A stretch of DNA of 64,000 bases from Vicinamibacterales bacterium (GCA_965262505.1 CBDHFM010000030.1:3237722-3301721), one strand, 5' to 3'. Shown: positions 42,457 to 51,766, counted from the first letter of the stretch. Program-made: numbers and translations. The notes: generated by a model not told the origin, from the sequence alone.

Positions 42457-42801
42457 GTGGACATCGTCCGAAAGGTGGATACGATGGCCAGAATGGGATC
42501 AAAGCAGGCAGGGAGACGAGCGCGCCGACAGTTCTCTGAGGAGTTCATGGTCGGCGCGGTCCGGCTGGTGTTGGATGAGGGGAAGACGATCGGGGCCGTG
42601 GCCCGCGAGCTCGATCTGACGCCGTCGGCGCTGGGCAATTGGGTGCGGCAGGCGCGGGCGGATCGGAGCCAGGGCAAGACCGGCCTGACGATCGAAGAGC
42701 GCACGGAGCTAGCGCGGCTGCGCAAGGAGAATCGCGAGCTACGGATGGAGCGCGACATCCTAACAAAAGCCGCGGCCTTCTTCGCCAAACACCAGGCGTG
42801 A
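42457..42801 (+). CDS. IS3-B copy 2 OrfA
   Basis: RRQFSEEFMVGAVRLVLDEGKTIGAVARELDLTPSALGNWV...LRKENRELRMERDILTKA. Confidence 0.85.
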   Translation: MDIVRKVDTMARMGSKQAGRRARRQFSEEFMVGAVRLVLDEGKTIGAVARELDLTPSALGNWVRQARADRSQGKTGLTIEERTELARLRKENRELRMERDILTKAAAFFAKHQA

Positions 42802-43472
42802 CGTTTGCCTGGATTGCGGCGGAGAAGGCCGAGTTCCCGATCACGAGACTTTGTCGGACGTTGCACGTCTCGCCCAGCGGCTTCTATGCGTCGCGCGCGC
42901 GCCCGGAATCGACGCATGCGCGCGACGACCGTCGACTGAGAGTGCTGGTGCGGGCGTCCTTCGCCGAGAGCACACAGCGCTACGGGAGTCCGCGCGTCCA
43001 CGAGGATCTCCTCGAGCAACACGAGCATGTCAGCCGCAAACGGGTCGTGCGCTTGATGCAGGAAGCGGGCCTGCAGGCGCGGCTCCGCAAGCGCTACAAG
43101 GTGACGACGATGAGCGATCACGATCAGCCGGTCGCAGCCAATCTGCTCGATCGCGACTTCACGGCGGCCGCGCCGAATCAACGGTGGGTCGGCGACACGA
43201 CGGAGTTCGTCATCGGCGGCAGCGGCAAGCTCTATCTGGCGGCGATCCTGGATCTGTTCTCGCGGTTCATCGTGGGGTGGGCCGTCAGTGCGAGCAACGA
43301 CCGCCAGGTGACCATCAAGGCGCTCCAGATGGCGCTGAAGCGCCGCTGCCCCGACGCCGGCCTAGTGCACCACTCCGATCAGGGCTGCACCTATGCGAGC
43401 GAGGACTATCAAGACGTGCTCGACACGCACGGTATTACGTGCAGCATGAGCCGCCGAGGCAATTGCTATGAC

Positions 43473-43697
43473 TGTGAGCATGATGATGTTGCTGTCCGAG
43501 CAGGTCTGACCCCTGCGTATGAGTGACCTCGTGTCCTTGCGTTGATCTGTCGGCCTGGGTCGGGCAGCACTCACCCAGATGCGGTTTGATCGGGTGGGCA
43601 GTGACCCAATAGGGGCCTGGCCGAAGCGACCCATCACAGTCCTGTCCGCCCGCTCGGTCAGACCATGTCGCCAGCCTGTGGAAGAGAGGTTTGCCGC
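43473..43697 (+). ncRNA. Candidate IS110 bridge/guide RNA region (5' non-coding end)
   Basis: About 190-225 nt of non-coding sequence lie upstream of the transposase, against only 38 nt downstream. IS110-group elements are reported to encode their bridge RNA in this position. No structure was verified. Confidence 0.35.
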
Positions 43698-44780
43698 ATG
43701 TCGCACAGGAACGAGATCGTCGAGCTACCGCGCACCGTCATCGTCGGCGTCGACACGCATAAACACATTCACGTGGCGGTGGCGCTCGATGCCCTTGGCG
43801 CCAGACTCGCCACCTGCAGTGCGTCGGCAGACCGCGCCGGCTACATGGAGCTCGTGGCGTGGGCGCGCGCCCTCGGCATCGTGGAGGCGTTCGGCATCGA
43901 AGGGACCGGCTCCTACGGTGTGGGCCTCGCGAGCTTCGTGCGCCGACACGCCATCCGCGTGGTCGAGGTCAGCCATTGCGACCGGCGAAAGCGACGCCAC
44001 AACGGCAAGAGCGATACGATCGACGCCGAGACCGCCGCCCGCTCGGTGCTGTCGGGGATCGCGACAGCCATCCCGAAGACCGCCGACGGCGCCGCAGAGA
44101 TGGTGCGCCAGATCAAAACCGCCCGAGATACCGCCGTAAAAGCCCGCAGTGCCGCCATCATCACGCTCAAGTCGCTGATCGTCAACGCCTCTGACGCACT
44201 CCGCGAATCACTCGACCCGCTGACGGACAAGAAACTCATCGACCGTTGCGCGGCGCTCGTACCCGGTGACATCCTCGACCCCACGGCCTCGGCGAAGCAC
44301 TCGCTCCGGGCGCTCGCTAGGCGTTGGCTCACCCTGACAGCGGAAATCCGGACACACAACGACGTCCTCGACGCGATCACGCACACAGCCGCACCGACAC
44401 TCCGTGAAGCGTTTGGCATCGGTGCGGACTCCGCTGCCGAGATGATGATTGTCGCGGGTGACAACCCGACGCGGGTGCGTTCCGAGGCGGCCTTCGCGAA
44501 GCTCTGCGGCGCATGTCCGATTCCGGCATCGAGCGGGGTGACGCATCGGCATCGGCTCTTTCGTGGCGGCCACCGTCAAGCCAACGCGGCGATCTACCGC
44601 ATCGTGACCGTCCGCATGCGCTGGCACCAGCCGACCCTCGACTATGTCGGGCGACGGACGGCCCAGGGCCTGACCAAGAAGGACATCATCCGCTGTCTGA
44701 AGCGCTTCGTCGCCCGCGAGATCTACAACGCCCTGATCGCAGACCACCGCTCCCGTGGGGCCCTCACCTCCGCTGCCTGA
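43698..44780 (+). CDS. IS110-family DEDD transposase
   Basis: VIVGVDTHKHIHVAVALD..., FGIEGTGSYG, and C-terminal ...GACPIPASSG...RHRL.RGGHRQANAALY. Confidence 0.9.
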   Translation: MSHRNEIVELPRTVIVGVDTHKHIHVAVALDALGARLATCSASADRAGYMELVAWARALGIVEAFGIEGTGSYGVGLASFVRRHAIRVVEVSHCDRRKRRHNGKSDTIDAETAARSVLSGIATAIPKTADGAAEMVRQIKTARDTAVKARSAAIITLKSLIVNASDALRESLDPLTDKKLIDRCAALVPGDILDPTASAKHSLRALARRWLTLTAEIRTHNDVLDAITHTAAPTLREAFGIGADSAAEMMIVAGDNPTRVRSEAAFAKLCGACPIPASSGVTHRHRLFRGGHRQANAAIYRIVTVRMRWHQPTLDYVGRRTAQGLTKKDIIRCLKRFVAREIYNALIADHRSRGALTSAA

Positions 44781-45801
44781 CAAGTGGCAATGGAGCACTC
44801 TTGACACATAGGGGCTTCAACGCCGTGATGGAGAGCTTCTTCTCGACGGTCAAGAGCGAGCTCCGCGAGCACTTCGAGAGCAACGGTGAGGCGAAGATGG
44901 AGTTGTTCGATTACATCGAGGTGTTTTATAACCAGCGGCGCCGCCATTCAACACTCGGCCAGATCAGCCCGGCCGCCTTTGAGCGGTGCGCAGCGGCGTA
45001 GGGCATGGACGCTGCCGTCCCTGTGGACGCGAAGAACGCGCGCCCACCAGGGACTTGGAAAACCGCAGAGAACGCGGTTTCCCACAGCGCCCACACCCAT
45101 TATTGTTTTCGTGAAAGGATGATAGAGAACGGAGAGTCAACCAGCGTAGCTAAACCGTCCACCGAATCGGATCAGGCCCATAGGGATGAAGAACAGCGAC
45201 GGAATCCACAAAACCGCCGGCGTCCAGGACGTGTCGAGAAAACTGTTATTGAGGCGGGCTGCAGCGCGGCTCTCGTACAGGCTGTTCAAACACTACAGAG
45301 CAGTCGGCGACGTAATCCCTGAACAAATAGCGGTCTGGGAAGCTGTCTGCCAGTCGGAGGATGAGTTCCTGGAAATCAGGAACCAGTGGCTCACGCCGCA
45401 GAGTCGGACATGAGAGCGTCATGGGGCCGACGAGGCGCCACGTCTTCCGCGATTCCATCGAAGCCATCTCCGCGCGGAGGGCCTGAAGATCGGCGCGGGT
45501 TGAGTGGTCGCCGTGTTCGGCGGCTGATCCGGACCGCGACCGGTCCGCGGGCAAGCCGTGTGCTGCGTCCTGAGCAGATCCGTGTCGGAGCTACCCCCGG
45601 ACGATTGCAGAAAGGAACCTTTGCGCAACGATTCCCGGTGAACGTGTTTTCAAGGGGTTAGGCGTTGCGAAACGGTATTGCTGAATAAACGTGATTCGCA
45701 ATACCGTTCTGCCATGGTGCTCCGATTGCTCCCGATCGGGCACGCCCGCGTGTCGCTGGTGCAGCGGTGGATCGTCGGGAAGATCGCGCACGCGCGAGAT
45801 G

Positions 45802-46209
45802 TCATTCGGATAGCCAGTTCTCGACCCCTAGACCAGGTACGCGGGAAAACTCCTGTACATTCGCCGTCACGACCGTGAGATCCAGTGCGAGCGCCTGCGC
45901 GGCGATCAACAGGTCATTGGGGCCAATGGGTGTACCTTGGCGCGCCAACTGCTGGCGGACCGCTCCATAGTGACGGTCGGCAGGGGTCTCTAGCGGCAAG
46001 ATCTCCAACGCCGAGAGCAGGAGGTCAATTCGATCGGCGAGTGTCGAGGATCCGGACTTTTCGGCGCCGAAGCGAAGCTCCGCAGCGACGACGATGCTGG
46101 TGCAGATCATGCTCTCCCCGGTCGCGGAGATACGCTGCGCCACTGGCCCCTGTGGATCACGGATCAGATCCGACAGGATGTTGGTGTCCAGTAGATAGCG
46201 CCGCGGCAC
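45802..46209 (-). CDS. vapC: PIN-domain toxin VapC
   Basis: YLLDTNILSDLIRDP..., SIVVAAELRFG and NDLLIAAQALALDLTVVTANVQEF. Confidence 0.9.
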   Translation of the reverse strand: MPRRYLLDTNILSDLIRDPQGPVAQRISATGESMICTSIVVAAELRFGAEKSGSSTLADRIDLLLSALEILPLETPADRHYGAVRQQLARQGTPIGPNDLLIAAQALALDLTVVTANVQEFSRVPGLGVENWLSE

Positions 46210-46211
46210 GG

Positions 46212-46454
46212 TCAGAGCTCTATATCGTCCAGCGGTGTCAGATCGTCGTCCGCCGCCGCAAACGGCTCGTCTAGAGGGCCGAGCGTGCTGAGCAGGGCCA
46301 GGAGCCGCCCTTTGCGAACCGGCTCCACGATCAGGCGGTCCCGTTCTTTTCTCAGGATCGCCTCATCCCCTTCGATCTCAAACTCTCTGGGAATGCGGAG
46401 CGCTTGGTTTCGGCCATTACGAAATAAGCGGACATGACGTTCGAGTCTGGTCAT
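46212..46454 (-). CDS. vapB: AbrB/SpoVT-type antitoxin VapB
   Basis: VRLFRNGRNQALRIPREFEIEGDEAILRKE. It lies 2 nt upstream of vapC. Confidence 0.88.
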   Translation of the reverse strand: MTRLERHVRLFRNGRNQALRIPREFEIEGDEAILRKERDRLIVEPVRKGRLLALLSTLGPLDEPFAAADDDLTPLDDIEL

Positions 46455-46471
46455 CGTGGTACTCGTATGTT

Positions 46472-46495
46472 TGGCATAGGCTACAGCCTATGCCA
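46472..46495. promoter_or_regulatory. Perfect palindrome TGGCATAGGCT-AC-AGCCTATGCCA, likely vapBC operator
   Basis: 11-bp arms with a 2-bp spacer, 18 bp upstream of the vapB start. Confidence 0.6.
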
Positions 46496-46657
46496 TCGTG
46501 GAATGCCGGTCAATACCAGTATCTGTGGCCCCTGCCGGCCCCGCGGCGCACGGATGGAGATCGCCAGCGGGGGCGCGATTGCTCATCAGACACCGGTGGC
46601 TCCAAGGCCATGCGTCGTGGGGCTCGAGCGCCAGGTCGCGGTCGTGCAAGTGGGGGA

Positions 46658-47479
46658 TCAGAGCTCATACCGCAGAGACAGGTGCAGCCCGTGGCTCCGC
46701 AACATGGCCTGTGTCGGCGCCAGATCGAGCCCCACCGGGTCCTGGCTGCCGTCGAGCCATTCGACCCGGCCAGGGCCGGCGCCGGTCTCGATGACGCCGG
46801 CATCCGTGTACCGCCAGGCGAGATCGAGCGTCGCCCGCTCGCCCCACGACATCCCCAGGCCGGCCATCAGCCTCCAGGTCAACCCCGTCCGGCTGGTGCC
46901 AGGCACGACGGTCCGCGTCTTCGGGAACGTCATGCGCGTCTCACCGCTGGCCACGCGGGCCGCCCCGAGGCCACCGCCGACGAAGGGGCTCAACGGGCCG
47001 AGCGGGCGCACCCCCACGCCGGGGAGATCCACATACACGGCCAGGATCCCAGACAGCGAGGACAGATCCACGGACACGGATTGCTCACGGTCGGGGGCCA
47101 GGAAGTTGGCGTGACCATCGAACGTAAATCGCGGCCGGTAGGTCAGAAGGGCCTCCAGCCGCACGGCGGGCGCCACGGCGTACCCGAGCCCAAACTCAAC
47201 GCCTGCGACCGGGCCAACGTCCCCCACCGACCGGAGCGGCGCGCCATCACCGCCCACGCCGCAGCCGTACAGCGCGGCCGGGACCAGGCTCGCACAGTCC
47301 GCGTCGGTGAAGTAGGTGTCGGCCGGACGGCTCAGGTCGAGTCCGGTGCGCAGGTAGACGTCTTGCGCGACGGCCAGTCCGGGGAGCAGGGTCGCCGCCG
47401 CCGCCATCACCGCCATGGCCGCGCCTGGAACCCCGTGGTGCCACCGCTGCGCTGCGACCCGCGCCGGGGCATCAGTCAT
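46658..47479 (-). CDS. Outer-membrane beta-barrel protein (start 47479 or 47416)
   Basis: Signal peptide ...AATLLPGLAVAQ, SPFVGGGLGAA motif, alternating strands, C-terminal ...HLSLRYEL. Confidence 0.75.
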   Translation of the reverse strand: MTDAPARVAAQRWHHGVPGAAMAVMAAAATLLPGLAVAQDVYLRTGLDLSRPADTYFTDADCASLVPAALYGCGVGGDGAPLRSVGDVGPVAGVEFGLGYAVAPAVRLEALLTYRPRFTFDGHANFLAPDREQSVSVDLSSLSGILAVYVDLPGVGVRPLGPLSPFVGGGLGAARVASGETRMTFPKTRTVVPGTSRTGLTWRLMAGLGMSWGERATLDLAWRYTDAGVIETGAGPGRVEWLDGSQDPVGLDLAPTQAMLRSHGLHLSLRYEL

Positions 47480-47617
47480 TGCGCGAGCGCCTGCGCCAGA
47501 CGCGACGTCGTGGTAGACATGGCCGGCGTCGACGCCATCGGCCCGCAGCGCGTCGCGCTGCAGGTCCAGCGACTGGGAGCCATCCGCCTTCGAAACGCGG
47601 GCGTAGCCGATCAACAT
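47480..47617 (-). pseudogene. Serine recombinase N-terminal stump (46 codons), in frame with the OMP ORF
   Basis: MLIGYARVSKADGSQSLDLQRDALRADGVDAGHVYHDVASGA, then unrelated sequence. Confidence 0.75.
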
Positions 47618-47770
47618 GTGTCGTAAACGGCCGTTTGCGACACACGGCTGAGGACGCCTTTAAACAAGCGCAGCCGTGTGTCGTATCCCGTGTCTAATTC
47701 TATGTCTTGCATACGTCGAGCGAAACAGCGTGACTCGGAGAACCGTGCTGACACGCCGGCACCAGCGGTG

Positions 47771-47880
47771 AATCAATTGGACTACGCGTTCGCGTCGCGC
47801 GGGTTCCACGAGAAGGTGTCAGTGCGGGCGATGAACGAGATTGAGGAGTGGGGACTGAGCGATCACTGCCGCCTGATGAT
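47771..47880 (+). pseudogene. C-terminal fragment of an endonuclease/exonuclease/phosphatase-family protein
   Basis: QLDYAFASRGFHEKVSVRAMNEIEEWGLSDHCRLMIE carries an SDH motif. No upstream part is present. Confidence 0.4.
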
Positions 47881-47985
47881 CGAGGGCTCTGCCGCGAACT
47901 CGGGATCACCCCCGTGACGCTCTGCCGGTACGTCGGGCCGCAGGGCCAGTTGCGCGAGCAGGGCGAGAAGGTCCTCGCCACCTGA
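47875..47985 (+). pseudogene. Serine recombinase C-terminal HTH fragment
   Basis: LCRELGITPVTLCRYVGPQGQLREQGEKVLAT*. Confidence 0.45.
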
Positions 47986-47988
47986 AGG

Positions 47989-48513
47989 CTATCTATCCTC
48001 AGGGCCACGGCCAAACTCAGGGCCGCAAAGGGAGTGCCGGAATCCCGCAATCTCCTTAGCCTCGGCAGCAGTCAGAGTAATACGCTCAAGCAGTGCTGCG
48101 GCTAGGCGATCCACTTGCGCCTGAACCTCAGGATTGCTTAGGAATAGCACCGCCTCGTTCGCATAGGCTGAGCATTGTTCCTGGCTCAACTGCAAATCTA
48201 GGAGTGCTTCGTGATCGCTCCACCCAGTCTGGAATGGAATGTTTACTCCTGGGCGGATCTCATCCCAAGCCTTCTCTGACAATGGACCAGAAAAAAGCGT
48301 TACCGCATCATCCGGCTTGCTCATGCCGAGCCTTGTGGTACCAAAACTCCCGACTCCTGGTTCAATCGAAACGAATTCAATTTTTGTCTCGTAGTGGAAC
48401 GCCGCAACAGCGTGAGCAGCCTCGTGCCTCGCTGTTGTCAACCGTTCTCCAGCATCGTCTCTTGCACACATCCCGCCGCGGTGCTGCTGTTCGTCTTTGC
48501 TCATCGAACCCAA
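47989..48513 (-). CDS. Stand-alone FtsH-like (M41) zinc-peptidase domain protein, no ATPase domain
   Basis: ARHEAAHAVAAFHYETKIEFVSIEPG... (HExxH), later SGPLSEKAW and a C-terminal helical LAAALLERITLTAAEAKEI. The pattern mirrors the FtsH protease domain. Lower GC. Confidence 0.65.
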   Translation of the reverse strand: MGSMSKDEQQHRGGMCARDDAGERLTTARHEAAHAVAAFHYETKIEFVSIEPGVGSFGTTRLGMSKPDDAVTLFSGPLSEKAWDEIRPGVNIPFQTGWSDHEALLDLQLSQEQCSAYANEAVLFLSNPEVQAQVDRLAAALLERITLTAAEAKEIAGFRHSLCGPEFGRGPEDR

Positions 48514-48781
48514 CCGCCTCCGAGACAGCGACGGTCAATGACACCGTGGCGACGCCGCAGTGCAGTCGTTCCTCGGAGCAGCCAACGCTCAGCAGTTGAC
48601 CGAGAAGTGGGGCGTGCCGCGCTCGACCATGGCGATGGCTTCGCGGATGCTCGCGGTCGTCTCGGTGCGCTGGCGCTAGGTGAGGTCGCGGTACTGGCGA
48701 TACGGCGCGGAGACAGGAGCGGACCAGAGGTACTGATGATTCGCTGCATTTCACACGTTACCGGGTTTCCGAGAGGGCAAG

Positions 48782-48904
48782 TTAGTTGAGTACCGGCACG
48801 TTGACGTGCTGATCATATGCGGCTTTGTACGCGGTCGGAGGCACGTAGCCGATCAGCTTGAGCAGGCGCCTTGTGTTGAACCAATCGACCCAGGTGATCC
48901 GCTT
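48782..48904 (-). pseudogene. IS3-family transposase C-terminal remnant
   Basis: KRITWVDWFNTRRLLKLIGYVPPTAYKAAYDQ... preceded by an in-frame stop. Confidence 0.5.
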
Positions 48905-49329
48905 CGTCTACTGAATCGTCGAAGGCCCTGGCACTCGCACGGGCGGCGTCCTGGATGGCGTCGTGATACGACCCTTGGCGGCGAGCTTCTTGAGCAGAGC
49001 TTTCGCGTCGTCGGGATGGCGTGACCGGCGCAACGCAATACTCGGCGAGACGCCCGCTCGTACGAGGAGCTTCGCGAGCCGAATGTTCACTGGGGGCATC
49101 GGGGGGCAGTCTCCTCTCTCGATGCGGGGGTGTCAATGTGCGACCCGTGTTCGCACGTTGACGTGCAAGAACACGGAAACATCCGCCCCCCGAGAACTTG
49201 GTGGCCACGCTACACGGACGCCTCGCGAGCAGGGCGGCCACGGGCGTGCGGCTCGCTGCGCTTCGGCAATCTGCCGTCTTCGACGCCGCGCCAGTTACGC
49301 GCGCGGGTATCCCCACATCGGCGAAACCC

Positions 49330-49972
49330 TGAACTTCTACAGTCTGCCCCCTCGGCGTGTAGAACTCCCCGGCCGGCGTGCTGGCCTTGTCGTCGGGGAC
49401 CACTCGAGCAGATCTTCGTAGGCGGCGCTGAGCAGGTCGGGGCCGGCCATACGGTCGTTGCGAAGCGAGACCTCAGAGCAGCACCTGATCATGTCCGCGA
49501 GTACGCTCTCGCGGGCGTAACCCAACTTGGACTCGTCCGTGTAGTCGATGCTGGTCAGGATGCCTTCTAATGCCCTGTTCTGCTCCTCCAGCGCCGCGGA
49601 CGCTGCGTTCAGCGCCTCTCCGATGTGGGTAGTCTGTTTCTGAATGGCGCCCCAGCGCGCCTGGTCCGGAACGAACACCTGATGCTCGTCCGGATTCGGC
49701 CACGCCACCTGCTCGGATACGCCCTCGGCCATGAGCGCTTCCGCCTTCTCCTCGAACCGGTCCGACAGCCGCTTGAGGAAGAGCAGACCGAAGCTGTAGG
49801 CCCAGGCCCAGGGAGCGGTGTAGTCAATCCGTGCGCTCCACGGGAGGTTAGCGCCCCCCAATTGGTGCAGCGACTCGTCCAGGATGGCCGACGCCTGCCA
49901 GAGGTAATTGGTGATCGTCCAAGTCGTAGTGTTCGACGCTGGCACGGAGTTCATCCAAGGGCAATGGTACAA
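49330..49972 (-). pseudogene. hsdM: Second type I hsdM, N-terminal part only (frameshifted, truncated just after GEFYTPR)
   Basis: YLWQASAIL..., LLFLKRLSDRFEEKAEAL and DLLSAAYEDLLEW. After a frame change it reads AGEFYTPRGQTV, and the methyltransferase motifs are absent. Confidence 0.7.
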
Positions 49973-50201
49973 GAATGACGCGCTTCTTGAGGCATCGACA
50001 TTGGTCGATCATCCGTCCGCTCGAGGAACTAGTGCGAGGTACAGCATGGGACGGAGCCCGGTCGACTCGACCAATCGGCAAGGCGAAATCGACGCGCTGA
50101 ACACAAGGGAATGGAACTTTGCTAACGCGTCTCCGAGATCGTCGTATCCGCAAGATCTCGTTCGAACGGCGTGGCGACGCACCCGCCCACGTTCCCTCCG
50201 G

Positions 50202-50462
50202 TCAGCCCGCGGACGCGTCGCGCCGGGTCTCGTGGCGGCTCGGGTGCCCGCGCTGCCCTGCGTAGTACGTGCTCCCGCGACAGGAGAAGTACAGCATCGC
50301 CGTCGTGTAGGCCGTGCCGCTCTCGTGCCGTGGCTCGACGGCATGCCAGTCCCGGCAGTGGGGGCAACGGATGTCCACACCGGGCTGCAGAAGAACAACC
50401 TGGGCCGGTGGCGTCCGACCGAGCGTGCGGCCCGGAGGCACTATCGCGCCAGCGGCCGCCAC
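50202..50462 (-). CDS. Small hypothetical protein with a CPHC motif
   Basis: 86-aa ORF. Coding status is uncertain. Confidence 0.3.
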   Translation of the reverse strand: MAAAGAIVPPGRTLGRTPPAQVVLLQPGVDIRCPHCRDWHAVEPRHESGTAYTTAMLYFSCRGSTYYAGQRGHPSRHETRRDASAG

Positions 50463-50629
50463 GCCATGCGGTCACCGGCGAAGGCACTCAGCCACAGCTC
50501 CCGCGTGGTCGAGCCGATCAGGTCAACGGTTCGCTTGCCGTTCGTGAGCAGCACAGGATGTCTCAAGGCACCTCATTCGGTTGAAGCAGACATTCACAGC
50601 ACGCAGAAGAGGCCAGCGGCTCTCGAATC

Positions 50630-51310
50630 TCAGTCGTGCGACACGCCAGCCGCTTCTGCCACGCGGAGGAACGCAGTCTGTATTGCGTTGGCCACAACAT
50701 GTTGATCGTTGTCTACTTTCTCGACAAATGCGCGATAGTCGTCGAGGTCCATTTCCAGCCCATGGAAAAGCGCCAGAGCACCAAGCGACAGAGTGCTGTC
50801 AATGTTTTTTCGGCCCCGACCCTCTGCGAGATCGATTGCCTGGTCCTTAACGAGCTTGTTCAACCCTTTGTCAATGACCTCCTCGTCAACGTGGAAGGCC
50901 GCGACGTCTCGTTTCGTCCTGAAGAACTCGTCGTTCTCCCATCGGTCTTCCAGTTTCCGAAGAGTAGCCCAGTGTTCACTCTCGGGCTCAAGCCATCCGC
51001 GCTTGGCAAGGGCAGTCCGCGCGGCTCGAATCGCAAGGGCTAACTCACGAAGCGTACCGATTGTGAACCAGACCATCGACAGGAGATCGCGTCCGAAGGC
51101 CGTGGAGTCACGACCGTGATGCTGCTCACTCGCATCGGTGCAACTGATCGCGCTTGTTAGGCGATCCGAATGAACGAAGCAGCGACAGAAGGCATTCACA
51201 ACGTCTCGTCCCAGTGCCTTCTCAAGTTCAGGAAAGTTCCGGAGCTCGATCTTCCACTTGTCGGTATCGTCACCGGTCAGCTTGATGGTGGGTCTGTTGT
51301 CTTCGGCCAT
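50630..51310 (-). CDS. Hypothetical 226-aa protein, no recognisable domain
   Basis: Clean ORF with distinctly lower GC and a protein-like composition (acidic, helical). Confidence 0.6.
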   Translation of the reverse strand: MAEDNRPTIKLTGDDTDKWKIELRNFPELEKALGRDVVNAFCRCFVHSDRLTSAISCTDASEQHHGRDSTAFGRDLLSMVWFTIGTLRELALAIRAARTALAKRGWLEPESEHWATLRKLEDRWENDEFFRTKRDVAAFHVDEEVIDKGLNKLVKDQAIDLAEGRGRKNIDSTLSLGALALFHGLEMDLDDYRAFVEKVDNDQHVVANAIQTAFLRVAEAAGVSHD

Positions 51311-51766
51311 GTGACTTTCGGGAGGCTCAGTCTAAGCCGCCTGTACCTCACAGAGCTAGCAGAGGCACTGCCTCGCCGCATTGCAGGGAGTGCGCGCCTG
51401 GCACCAAAGCTCGTTAGGCGCTCGCGTGGGCGACGAGATTCCAGGGCTTGGAGCAACAGCCCCTGGTTGTCTTTGACGTCCTGAACGGCTTTGTGGACAG
51501 TACCCTCCACTGCACTACCAGCTGCTTCCCGAATGAGTGTTCCGGTCGTGACATGGAGACTCCCAGTAGTTCAGCTAGTAGTCGGCCGATGGTGGCGGCC
51601 AGCATAGATTCTCGCGCTTCCGCTGTCCCAGCGGGTCTGCCGAACAGCCCTGGATCACCGTCGAGTCGGGCTTACGTTGCACGTCGACGTGCAACTGCGA
51701 CAAGTCTCACACGGTCGTCTCGGTGCCCGCTCAAGCTGGCCAGAGGAGATGGTAACCAGGGGCATC

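Larger units (their letters stand above)
43473..44818 (+). mobile_element. IS110-family element
   Basis: Precise interruption of IS3-B orfB (copy 1 reads tgggacaatgcc across the site). No terminal inverted repeats and no obvious target duplication, as expected for IS110. Confidence 0.88.
42639..45000 (+). pseudogene. IS3-B copy 2 OrfB, interrupted at 43472/44819 by IS110
   Basis: ...CSMSRRGNCYD | IS110 | NAVMESFFSTVKSE...ISPAAFE. Confidence 0.88.
42439..45180 (+). mobile_element. IS3-family element 'B', copy 2 (diverged), itself split by an IS110-family element
   Basis: Same ends as copy 1 (tgggcttgatcc.../...ggatcaggccca). 4-bp target duplication TAGG at 42435-42438 and 45181-45184. Confidence 0.9.
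41051..45413 (+). pseudogene. Unknown 538-aa gene (41051-42438 + 45185-45413) split by IS3-B copy 2
   Basis: Removing the IS and one copy of the TAGG duplication joins ...LIAETDVG to MKNSDGIHK... in frame. It is all-helical and repeat-like, with lower GC than its flanks. Confidence 0.7.

Noticed and set aside
41051-42619. 522-aa ORF end at 42619
   Set aside because: The last ~60 codons are read-through into IS3-B copy 2. The native gene continues at 45185 after the IS.
45667-45712. 11-bp-stem hairpin (aacggtattgc / gcaataccgtt) as the vapC terminator
   Set aside because: It lies ~90 nt beyond the vapC stop and has no T-run on the relevant strand, so it cannot be called a terminator from sequence alone.
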